Shown here piece after piece: positions 47,801 through 58,700 of a DNA stretch of 64,000 nucleotides. Source of the DNA: Phoronis australis (Eukaryota; Animalia; Phoronida); NCBI GenBank assembly GCA_002633005.1, contig NMRA01000512.1, positions 248,884 to 312,883 of the forward strand. The letters run 5' to 3'. Under the pieces are notes generated by a model. That model ran no database searches, was not told where the DNA came from, and saw only the letters and a program-made list of their open reading frames with translations. Both the position numbers and the translations under genes were made by a program. How positions within the stretch are numbered: position 1 is the stretch's first letter; each line of letters begins with the position of its first letter.

Positions 47801-50800
47801 AAACTTCCTCATGTCCACCGTCATGGGAGGTGGCGCTGAACTCCTGTCTACCAAAGACCTGACCGCCGTCTGGCGGGTTAGAAAATTTCAGTATGGCTCA
47901 CGCTGCTATTTCGAAAGTTAGCAATTGTTTTGTCCAGGAAGACGTGCACAGTGCAGTTGAACTCCGCCGACCAAGTGGAAAATCTCTCATTTCGGTGATG
48001 GATAAGCAGTTCCTACTGCTAGCTATTCTAGGGTACTCACCACTGAGTTTGCGAAAGACGTGATTTACATTTTTGATTCGCACGCATAAAGTGCTCACGC
48101 ATGCTCTGTGTGTATGTCCCGAGAGACATAGGGAGTAAGGCCAACCACAGAAAAGGAGTACAGTAGAACTGATTTAAAATTTGGCCTTATTATCCACCAC
48201 TGTAATAATAAAACCAAACACTCTTTTCACGATTTGTCTCCTTCCTTCGGCTAACCAAGATTCAGCTAATAACTACCAGAACCCGGAAAGCCTCATGTTC
48301 TCGTGGCTCACCGCTTAATGTAGTATTCAGGCTGCCGTGGGTGTTCCGATGCGAAGGACGTGTCCAAAAGACAAAAAGAAAATGAGGATGCGAATGTAGT
48401 GCTACTGTCGTTTGATTTATTTGAACATTTTAAAGTCTGGTCTAAACGCCACCTTTTGGCCACGTGCCAAGATTTCTGCACTGACTATTGTTCGTTAGGA
48501 CAGGAGATATGTCGAGGACAACAGACTTAAGTTTCAATTGACATTTCCACGCCCGTTAAATGTTTACTTATTCATATACATTGTAAACTATAATGGACAT
48601 CAGCTTTTGAAGTGAACATCATTCCAAAAATACAGCATCAACTGTATTGAATGAGAATTGAGCCAGAGCTCTGTTCACTAGTTTCACGAAAATTGAGCTT
48701 TTTGTGTGGTCATGCATATTTATAACTGTGGCAGCAAAGTGAATAAAATCGTTAGTGATTGACAAGCGACGCTGCAAAAAGCTTCAGAGGCGCGATATGA
48801 AAAGCAACACGAAAAAATGGAAAATGGTCCGTCCTCCTCACCATAACCCCGTCAGTCCTATCTCTGGTCTACCGTTTTCAACGTCCTATCCGCAATTTGT
48901 CCTTTATAAGGGATGAACATGCCTGGATTATGAATCTGAGTCGATGGAGTAGTACTCTACATCTCCGCTAGGATCTAAATTATGCATGAACTTGCAGGTC
49001 TATGCGCCGATAAACAGTGCCCTGGGGAGGGATACGTGGGTAAAGACTGCAGATGCTATTGTCCTGGCAATCCCGTGACAGAATGTGTTGGTGAGTAACG
49101 AATTCTCCCAATCTTTCAGTTTCAAGATATAGTATTAGGAAATGTCACCAGAAAAAGAGGCGTTTCCTTGCGATCTGATGTAAATACGGATTGTCTACTG
49201 ACAGCACCCTTCAGTCCCTCGATTCTGACTGACAATTAGACGTGTAGGTGTATGTTAGGGCCATCTAACTTGCTTGTGTACTGGTTGGGTTTGTCTTCTC
49301 CACAAAGACAGCTGACACCTCATTCAGTGGAAGCTTTGTATCACTGGAAATAAACAAGGAATTTGGGTTTTCGGGAACTCCTTGAGAATGATGAATTGAA
49401 CTTTGTCGACACATTGGGATCGTGTATATATGTACATAAAGAATGTTAACAACTGTTTTGGGGTTTCTACTGCTTATCTGGCCCAAAACCTATGTCGTCA
49501 AATAAGGACCTTTTTGTGCAACGTCCCTGATTTGGGGACGTAAGCTCCGCTTATTACATATTAAGTCAAAGATACACCCAAAAGTAAAGTGATACAACTA
49601 TAGGCAGATTTAAGGGGGGGGGGGGGGGCGGCAGGGGGCCCAGGCTCCTTCCCCTTGGCTGCCGCAAGCAAAATGAAACAGCAACAGCGTGAAGCGTGAG
49701 GAAATATTGAGTTCAACCGGTAGCGGATGAGAGGGGGGGTGAGACCCCAGAGGAATCGTGTCCCCGTTTTTTTATTCCACCGATACATTTTCTGAACAGA
49801 AAGTCCATATCCACATCCCTNACGTCCTTGATTTTGGGACGTAAGCTCCGCCTATTACATAAGTCAAAGATACACCCAAATGTAAAGTGATACGACTATA
49901 GGCAGATTTAAGGGGGGGNAACTTTCAGGCCGCCTGCGCACTTGCAATCGCGCTTTGCCCAATTCCCCGAGACAACATGTTTGGCCCCCCTTATGGCATC
50001 CTAGATCCGCCACTGACGACAATGCAGTATTAATGAGTGAGCAAACCCAACTCATGCTATGAGAGGGCATACTTGAGTCTCTATCGGGACCCTTTTTGCC
50101 AACGACCAATGGTTTCTATGGGATTTCGGATATTTTTATATGTGGGACACGTGCCGCGCAAGTGAGCCCTGTAACAATGAGTGGGGAGTTCTTGATCGAG
50201 GGCTCTATGGGAAACTAGACGTTGCTTAAAAGCAGATCTCAAATATATTGTACCACCCAATGAAGCTAACTAGTAGTAAGAACCCTTTTGATGTAACAAG
50301 ACAGCAGCGACACCATACGTCACTACAACAAACCCGCCACTGTGATTGACTAGTAGACGTAGGTAGACAATAAGATCACCCCAATATTGGTTGGTTAGTG
50401 GTCTGTCGCCTCCACAATGTCGGTGGTGGCGAATCATACAGTCCAAGATGCTGCCTGAAACATGTATCGTACTCGTAGATTTGCAATTGAGAACTGGAAA
50501 GCGTAGTCAATTTCACCAGAAAGTACGTTTTTGGCTACTGCCGCAGTGGGACCTTGGGCCCTTGTTTCGCTTACGTTTTCATATATCAATACTGTATCTG
50601 AAATTTAGTTAGAAGCGAATTTTCAAATCAATTTTTGTTAACAACACTTACGTTCGTCTCAGCGCTTCCACTGTATGTTGAAATTAACAACACGTGACTT
50701 CTGGCTAGAAGTTATATGTTCAAGTTGTTATGCACCGTACGCGTACCTTATAAGTAAGTCTAGAAGATCTATCAGCAAGCTCCTTCCATTATGCAGAGTG

Positions 50801-50921
50801 CAAGGACAAAAGGAGGAGACGGTGTAACAAGTGGGCTGCGTCAGGCGGCTGTACAAACGAACAATACAAGAAGTACATGGAGAAGAATTGTCGCAAGGCG
50901 TGCAAGCTTTGTGGTCAGTAA
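38755..50921 (+). CDS. Astacin-family (M12A) zinc metalloprotease gene B with EGF-like and ShKT domains (~371 aa, 9 coding exons)
   Basis: Exons 38755-38811, 39740-39800, 41615-41705, 41907-42070, 45543-45733, 46394-46597, 47222-47351, 48998-49090, 50797-50913 (stop at 50921 if unspliced). Same exon phases as gene A; [28 protein letters not shown]|NAIR. Confidence 0.93.
39740..39800 (+). CDS. Astacin B exon 2
   Basis: cag|[20 protein letters not shown]|gtaagt. Confidence 0.87.
40222..41110 (+). mobile_element. Penelope-like element fragment with an inverted copy of its 3' end
   Basis: GIY-YIG remnants [19 protein letters not shown] and [24 protein letters not shown] at ~40610-40920; 40222-40490 is the reverse complement of ~40835-41108. 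Gene A keeps only ~16625-16735. Confidence 0.85.
41615..41705 (+). CDS. Astacin B exon 3
   Basis: Protein-identical to gene A exon 3. Confidence 0.87.
41907..42070 (+). CDS. Astacin B exon 4
   Basis: [55 protein letters not shown]|gtaagt. Confidence 0.88.
43290..45420. mobile_element. Composite repeat-derived segment specific to gene B intron 4
   Basis: No counterpart in gene A intron 4; paralogy resumes at ~45435. No recognisable ORF, and the family was not determined. Confidence 0.35.
45543..45733 (+). CDS. Astacin B exon 5
   Basis: [27 protein letters not shown]...[25 protein letters not shown]|gtaatc. Confidence 0.92.
46394..46597 (+). CDS. Astacin B exon 6 (zinc-binding motif and Met-turn)
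   Basis: [27 protein letters not shown]...SVMHYGQY|gtgagt. Confidence 0.97.
47222..47351 (+). CDS. Astacin B exon 7
   Basis: [43 protein letters not shown]|gtaagt. Confidence 0.93.
48998..49090 (+). CDS. Astacin B exon 8 (EGF-like)
   Basis: [31 protein letters not shown]|gtgagt. Confidence 0.92.
50797..50921 (+). CDS. Astacin B exon 9 (ShKT domain)
   Basis: cag|[39 protein letters not shown]; donor gtcagt at 50914, or read-through GQ*. Confidence 0.9.
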
Positions 50922-51403
50922 CAATAATTGATTCCTAAATTTTTCTAAAATAGTAACACGACTTTGCTTAATCATCCACCCCAGGAACAGATAATACTCT
51001 TCGAACATAACCACCGTTGTCTCTGTGTTTGAGAACTTTATGGAATCTCCTGACAAAAACCAGTCTTTTCGCTGTCACTATTTTCAGTGCCACTGTACCA
51101 AGATTGCAGCAATACTTTATCATATCTCCATCTGTTCATTTGCTGACACGCCTGCATGGATTATTTAGAATTTACCTGTCTTAATCAGCCGCTACTTCCG
51201 TTTTGGATTCCGTATACTAAACTAGAAACAGTGACGTCACACGAGCAGGAAGCTTCACCCGATATTCCTGACGACAACATTCGTGCACAACGCGTGAACA
51301 GTTTGGTGACAAATGATCATCGAAGTCTTTTTGCTGAACAATATTGACTTACTTTGAAATGTAAATCTGTATTAATCCAGTAAAGTCCATAATCAAATTT
51401 CTC

Positions 51404-52140
51404 CCATACGCGTTGAATCAGTAGAGAGGATAAGGCCATGTAATAATGTTTTCGCTATTCACCTCCGGCACTACTTCAACAGTGACCTCTGACATGGAAA
51501 GTTCAAAAGTTAGGTCAATGTCGACTCCACGTCGTTAGCTGGTTTGATCATCAAACTTTCGGAAAATAGCTTAAAGTGATACAACTGCAGCAGTGTAAAT
51601 AACACCCTACAAGCAACCAGGTCTCAGTCATAACATATGGAACAGGACTGTTTATTATATGACAGTTCTGTCCCAGTTTTCAATTGCTAAATATTACATC
51701 GTCTGCAACCTAAGCACCGATTTCACGGTAACTGCATTATCAAATATTGTTGTTTATTTTAGTATTTTCCGAAGATTTACAACTTCGGTGCACAATTATC
51801 CTTGTTTTTATCTTTGTTATCTCTTTGCAGGTAATAAATCATTACATTCAAAACTGTTTCTTTTACTAGAGAAAACTCACAAGCTAACGCGCAAGTACTT
51901 ACATATAGGACGTGATCCGCCGCGTGAACACTCGGGGCGAAGGACTTAAAAAATCTGCCAAAAAATGAAAGAAACTTAGTAATAATTCGAAACGTATGGG
52001 ATAAATACAAAACGTACCTCAACTGACGTAGAGACATTATTGCGCGTATCGACCAAGACCGAAGGTCGAGGTCAATACGCGGAATAATGTCAAGTGAGAT
52101 ATTACATTATCTACGCAACTCTCGATACGTTTTGCGTATA
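51404..52140. mobile_element. Non-autonomous insertion specific to gene B
   Basis: Interrupts paralogy with ~30845; internal hairpin attattgcgcgtatcgacc...ggtcaatacgcggaataat. Confidence 0.4.
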
Positions 52141-52149
52141 AATCACACC

Positions 52150-53925
52150 TGTTTAACTGGTACTTACTAGAAATGCAAGTCGAAGAAGCCATCTGCTTCA
52201 CGTGGTTGATCATCAAGCATACCAATTTAACGTCGCTGGATGCAGATCTGCATTGAAGGTCACTAGTGCACTTTTACCCGAATTAGGTTACCCCCTAGTA
52301 ACCCTACCAAAGCGAGAACCATGACGATTGAAGATTTTAACGATGACCCCAGTATTTGCAAGCGGACAAAGGCCGCTGTTCTGTAGTTTTGGATTGCAAC
52401 ATCTCTATCGCCAAAGTTGGTAGTTTTCTCTACAATTGGAGAGAGCGGACATCGTTCCTATAATAACCAAAAAATTAAACTCCATGGCACGGAGATATAA
52501 TTTTCAAGGCGAGTATTTACTTTGAAACCAAAAGCGAACTGTATTGATTCTGTCACTTACAATCTGACTGAATACCAAGCATCGATTTTGTCTCCGCTGG
52601 TAGAAAAGACTTTGCAGATAAGTTATTATAATGTTCTCAAAAGTGTGGGATTTCAGTTAACAGGGGCGGATCCAGGATTTCGAGTTGGGGGGCTAGTGCA
52701 GAGCATTATCCAGGATTCTGCGCGTCAGACATTCGCAATCCCGAACTTCCAAATGGAATCTAGGAGAATTTTAGGGGGGCATGGCCCCCTTGGACTCCCT
52801 CTAAATCCGCATCTGGTAAGGAAACCATACAATAAGACCACATCCCTGCCCGGGAAGATTCTATCAGTGTATTACGCGAGAGATTGCTCTCGGATAATAC
52901 CTTAGTTTATTTCAACATGTTGTTAATCCGGAGTATTTGTGGGTCTGCGCTTAGCATGTATTCGAAAGGGATTTTTTCGACGCACAACTGGTTGCAATGT
53001 AAAGTCGCCGATGTCTCCTATTGGAAAGAATTTGTACATTGAAAATTTTGAGAAATGTGTGTACCGTTGACGCACAGGTCTTTTTATTCTAATAATCATA
53101 TTTGTTGTCAAATGTATGGACGTCTACGCTCAATACCGATATTTGGGGTCTGACTGGAAGCATCCCCACGTTCTCTGAATTACAGTAGAGAGCATTTAGG
53201 TGCCAAGCTGTTGGATAGAGAGTTGAATAAAGAGCACTTTGTTATGCTCTGTCCTGTGCGGGTACGTCCAAAGGGCGACGAGTAACACGGTTAAAAGCAG
53301 GTCACGCATTGAGAATTGGACTGGGTGTAGTTTACCTAGGCCTGTATTAAATAATTGTCTAAAAAGGTACGGCGTATTGTGTCTGATTATGGGACCAATA
53401 GTGATCGCCATAAAGGGAAAATGTAGCAATTGTTGGTGCATCTTAAGAACATACCTTCTGACGAAACATCAGGGGGATTGTTGATCACATCCGTCGAGAA
53501 GGCAAAAATTGTAGCGAGGAGGATATCGGGGGAACTAGGCAACTCCTGCGGAAATAGCGCGTAGACACTTGAATGAGAATGGCCAGGAGTGTAAAAATGT
53601 TAAATTTTAAGTAGGGACAAGAACCGGCTCGAAGAAGGCGTTACGGTGGCCATTTTCAATTAGACGTTTTAGTTATTATTTGATCAGTCACTAAACAGAC
53701 ACGGAAGTTGCGGATTTGCTCTGTCTACCTCAGGGAAGGCTAGTGTAGATCTTTTCTAGCGAGAGCACAGCGCAGCGCGAGGTTCCAGCTGTCCCGCCAT
53801 TTTGTCCATTGAATCATTCCTCTTGAAGGGAGCACGACGCCCCCGATGGCTCATGGATTTCATTAAGTACCATAGACCAGTTAAAGTGGCTAAATTTCTT
53901 TTGATTGAAAAATTGACTTGATCAC
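52150..53925 (+). mobile_element. Decayed Penelope-like retroelement (paralog of 30860-32880)
   Basis: PPSN.TK, ADKGR, SPMSPIGKNLYIENFEK, LVH and LEEGVTVAIF remnants, colinear with the gene A copy. Confidence 0.8.
52661..52815. mobile_element. CAGGGGCGGA-terminus MITE
   Basis: caggggcggatccagg...aaatccgcatctg; reverse-complement relative of 31060-31215. Confidence 0.65.
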
Positions 53926-54427
53926 CAGTCTTTTAGTGACCAAAATAGATAGACTTTTGGTAGTCTTGGACTTATGAAAGGTGTTTTGCACGATCAGCCC
54001 AAGCAACCTTTGACCAAATTGCAGGCCTATCGTCGGAGCCAGTTAATGAATTGAGCAAAAATATAAGCTACTTGTATAGCTTAGCGCAACCCAGGAATTG
54101 ACCTATCGCAAGCTCCGCCCCCTTGCCTAATGTCGACTAACAAACAATAAGTTTTACCCTGCAACGTGTTGTTTTCCGGGTAAAATAGTGGCTTGGAAAC
54201 GAAGGTGTGTCAAGAATGATGAGTTCTAAATGGTCAGTTAAGCCGTCACTCAAAGACCTGGCGATAGGTCAATTAAGTGCCCACCTCATAGCACCAACCA
54301 CCCCACTGGCCGGTATACTGGTGGCCTGTCTCCTCTACAAAGACGATGACGCATTCAGGTGCAACCTGCCGCCTGTGGTATGCAATTGTCACCAATAGTG
54401 TTCAGCAAATTTCTTTTCATCCCCCAG

Positions 54428-54541
54428 GTTGAAGAACAACAAGGCAGGCTGTCACTGTTGGGCTGCTTAAGACGGATGTAGCAATGAGCGACAACAAAAC
54501 TTACATGGCGAAAAATTGTACCAAACCCTGCAAGCTCTGTG
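54428..54541 (+). pseudogene. Degenerate second ShKT exon downstream of gene B
   Basis: cccccag acceptor, immediate TGA; fragments CHCWAA*DGCSNE and NKTYMAKNCTKPCKLCG. Confidence 0.8.
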
Positions 54542-56337
54542 GTCATGGTAGCGACGGATTCCTATTGAGCGATTGATTGTAGAAATGAATAATAATAATA
54601 ATATGTAGAGCAATTTAATTTCTGTGTTGTCGTTCAGTCACTTCCAGGGGATTCTGTAATGCTCTGTCTTTCACTGCCCTCTTCTTGCAACACAATGTCC
54701 TCTAAATCTGCAATATCATTTACTACCATTCTCTCACTGTATCTCGGTCATTTTTATTTTGTCTTTTACCAGTGATGTAAGTGGGCATCGATACCAGGGT
54801 AGAGCTTGGTGCCCGATTGCATGAAACATTCCCTAATAGCGACTCAACTTACGTCCCTTAATCTCTTGCATATTTGTGTCGTGTCTTGCTCCCACATGTA
54901 ATATTTTTTATCATTTTATCTTTATTATGAGCTCCTTCTCTTTGACTAATAACGTTTTCTGATATAACTAAAATCTAAATCCTAAACTCATTGAAAATAT
55001 ATAGGGACGTAAATTAGGAGCGTTGTATAAAAAATTCCCAATTAGTTTCAACGTAGAAACCACTACCTCTTTGTATCAAAGCCAAAAAAAATTAAAGCGA
55101 TATTAAAAAGGACATTCACTGTTTTCACAAGTCCACAAGCATTAAGGTAAATTAATTGAGTCCCTACTTGGGACTGTTTCGTGCAGCCGAGCACGGGACA
55201 TAGAGACTAAGTTTTTTCACGCCAGTGTTTAACGAGCAAGCTAGTGTAAATTGGTAAAATGACGACAGATGAAGTGCTACGTCGATGATGTTGGTGTGTT
55301 GAAGTAATCGACTGAGTTCATAAGTTACAGACTTTTCTGTTATGCTTCGTGACCTTTTCACTGCCATTGTACACGTATTGGAATGCATCTGTGGAACGCA
55401 GCCCAGAAATCTTGGTATATACTATGGCAGGCTGCATTGTTCGACTGAAAATTCCTGGACCCGTCTTGTCATTCAATCAGAATAGATGCAAAATGGATAT
55501 GTTGAGCAGTCCACGTCAATAGTATACATATAAACTAATACATATAAGTACATGCATACATCTGCCAACAACGGTCTCATTTTCCATTTTCAAGATAACA
55601 TGTTAATCTAGGTACACGGGGTCATACATGTATAATAAATATTCAATCCTTGAAGGAGGGTTAGTCATCGGTATGGACTGCACAGTTTTGTTTTCGTGTT
55701 CCACTGTTAATTGTTACATTTTGATAAGACCGTCGATTTGTTGATCAATTGTTTTGAGTTGGTTTCATCTGGATACCCAGGAGAAGTTTGTAAGACCTCT
55801 TGTTTGTACTGTCTTTCAATTTTACAATTTACTGACAGATTCCAACACCGATAATTGATTGCTGATATGTTGTCGATTTGTGTTATTTTATTGATTGCAT
55901 CGTTGGCGCTTGTTGAACGTTTTCTTTATTTCCCTATGCGCAAAATGAATCACTTAAAGGCCAGCTATTTAGCTCGCTTTTCATGATTCCATATTCTTTC
56001 TGCAGAAATGATTAAATCTACCTCTACGTATTGATTCCCGTATTGAAAATTCTCGCCTTTTTGTTTACTCGGTCACGTGCCGACTCCTTCAAGTGTAGCA
56101 AATCCTTCACGAGGTAAACTTATAATTCAAATTGTCTCGAACTTTTCGTCCGATTAATATAATGATGATGTCCGAATCTCGAAGAAACATTTGGAAAAAG
56201 ATAGACGCGGGTGATTTTGCGCATGAGGAAATGTTGTGTTACGATGTCGTTTTTGTTGTTTAATACAACATCATTGTTTATCAAATGATGTGTTGTTTTA
56301 AATTGCCCTCCGTGGCATCAATTATGTATTACATTAA

Positions 56338-56835
56338 AGAGGCCTATAACGCGATAAACAGATTAATTGCAATCTTGAAAGTGGTTCTCTGTCACTAAAA
56401 CAAAATTCAACCTGCTCACTAGGTATTTTTAGGGTTTGTTCTTAAAGATTTTTAATTTCTGTTGATATTTTCTTTTAGTTTCAAATTTCAAAAAATGATC
56501 TGTCACCTGCTCGCCACTTCGTCGATTTTTCCTACAAGGCAAAGCATGTCTCCTTATTTGGTATGAGTGAAAAGAGATAAACGTACCACATTTCCCTCAC
56601 ATAAAAAATGTGGCCTTTGACCTCAAGCGACACCAAGCAATTGTCTGTGAGCGCATTTATCATACATAAAAGTATGGTTGAGACTAGAAACTGTAGTAAC
56701 AACAGAGTTTTTGCTTTGCGCGTATTTAAAAAAATCGTGAATTTTGCGACTTTTTCTGGAAATGTCCTCACAAGGGTAAGTGAATTATTCTGTGTTAGAC
56801 GTGGCAAGATCGTAGTTTCGTAAGGAAATGCTTCT
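56338..56835. mobile_element. TTAA-flanked non-autonomous DNA transposon (Kolobok-like)
   Basis: TTAA|AGAGGC...GCTTCT|TTAA; absent from the paralogous segment near 2490-2510. Confidence 0.5.
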
Positions 56836-57729
56836 TTAAATTAATTAACGCATGACTTATCATCTCGTGCGAAACATTTGAATATTGATGCGTAAACTTA
56901 CTGAAACTTGCTCAATTTTTGCTGTGACCAAACAAAAACTCGCAGTGGAGTATTATCTTAGCGAAATATAATAAGTCAATTTCGCCGTTTGTAACATTTT
57001 TATGACGTGGCTGGACGAAAGTACAAACCCTCAAAAAGCGATGCATTACCGCCAACAGTGGTACATTTGACAAGTATATATTAATCATAATTTGAATGTG
57101 GTGTTCATCCGTTAGACCAAAATTGCAGCTTAGATCTATATGATGCAGCAAGGCTGTTTCTTTGTCTTTGTAAAGCATGGTTTACGAATGCTAGATGAAT
57201 CGAAAAAGAACGAGCAACTGGTAATCCTACGATTGAGTAAAAGTGAAACTTCGTGATCGCCATCAGTGTATTCAGAAAGGGTTCCGGACTTTCTTTTTTC
57301 CCTTGATATCCCTTTTTAAAAAATCCTTGATTCGACCCCCTTTTAAAAATCGTGCATCCGCCCCTGTTCGCTATTTCATCAACTACTCTATTAACCCAAA
57401 TTATTGAATATCTCTACGGCATTTACAGAAGCAAAACGTTTTTAGGTAATACAAATTTAAAGACCTTCAAATCAACGTAATGAAAGATCACTAAGATTAC
57501 CAACTCGCAAAGTTGCATTTTTAAAATGCGACAATCAAATTTGAGCATGGTCGAACAGATTAATTTTCTATGTATTACCACTTAACTGTTGCAAAATTAA
57601 TCTCCGCTTTTGTTTCTCAGTCAAACGAGAAGTGACCTTGGACTTGCAAGGAGTAAATAGTTTGTTAATTGTCGGCGAACAGAATGACAGGACGAACAAG
57701 TTCACTTACACGTATGAAACTACTTAGTG

Positions 57730-57856
57730 ATGTAAATCATAGCTCCCGGCGGTTCTTCTAAAATGTAAATCACAGCGCGCTGGGGGTACTTCTAAAATGT
57801 AAATCACAGGGCTATATCCAAAATGGAAATCACAAATCTTCGGGGTACTTCCAAAC
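57730..57856 (+). repeat. Degenerate short tandem repeat
   Basis: Repeated (ggggtac)ttctaaaatgtaaatcacag units. Confidence 0.6.
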
Positions 57857-58498
57857 TGACAGCTTCAACTCATTTGAATTTTATCTCTCGACCAACTGTT
57901 GAGTCCGATGGTATCATGAAAGAGAAGCTTAAAAGCAGATTTTGGTGTCATTAAATAGCTTTGTTAATTTGATTTCATATAGTGGAAGTGAATCGCAATT
58001 TTTTGACTGGTTTATTAACTTTTAACATACTGATACATGGTCGGATGAACGTCAGCAAACCGCTTCGGTTTGAGCTTTACATTCGTCTCAAGTGATTGGT
58101 CAGGTATTACTACACTTCGCTCAGTTTTCAGGTCAATAAGACCAGTCCCATGGGTGCACCAGTGCTGTATTAAGTGGTCGTGGACCCTCAGCTGTCAGAA
58201 GTCTGGAGGGGGGGGGGAATCGACTAACGTGAAGTAAATTATGTAGTTCAGTTCTTGTAACTTGAATATCAAACGAATTAAACTAAACCATGTGAAAAAT
58301 GAAATAACCAATGTGCTCCTACCGCCGAAGGTCCCAATACAGGATTGTTCATCCATGACCAACCCTGCCCATGTGGCACATACTGAGCCACAGCACCACG
58401 TTCCTTACAATATCTCTTTTTATCACTCCGGCTGGTCTGCTCACTCAGCTTGTCCAGAACCAGCTTTGCAGGTTGTTATAGCTCAGTTAGCTGTTTGG

Positions 58499-58700
58499 TG
58501 TACCCACTTGGTACTTTATATGATATTTGCCCATTTGGAAGTTTGTACCCACTTGGTACTTGTTATTGAATTTGCCGTTTTGCTCGACCCAGTTGGTAGG
58601 CAATCGACAAATACCCATTTGGTATTATGTACCCATTTGGTACTATGCTAACCTGTGCCACTTAGTATCCGATACTCAATTCCATTTTGGGTATCGGAAA
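58499..58700. repeat. Cluster of palindromic gtaccca(c/t)ttggtac motifs
   Basis: Four copies at ~58500, 58545, 58612 and 58629, followed by the hairpin tccgatactcaa...ttgggtatcgga. Confidence 0.6.

Noticed and set aside
49521-49920. About 100-bp direct repeat either side of the N at 49821
   Set aside because: The second copy begins exactly at an N next to poly-G runs, so it is most likely a contig-overlap artefact.
54428-54541. TGA at the first Cys position of a 114-nt frame-preserving exon as selenocysteine or readthrough
   Set aside because: The codons after TGA are out of the ShKT frame, so this is a 1-nt deletion offset by a later insertion. The gene A copy has further stops, and no SECIS element was evident.
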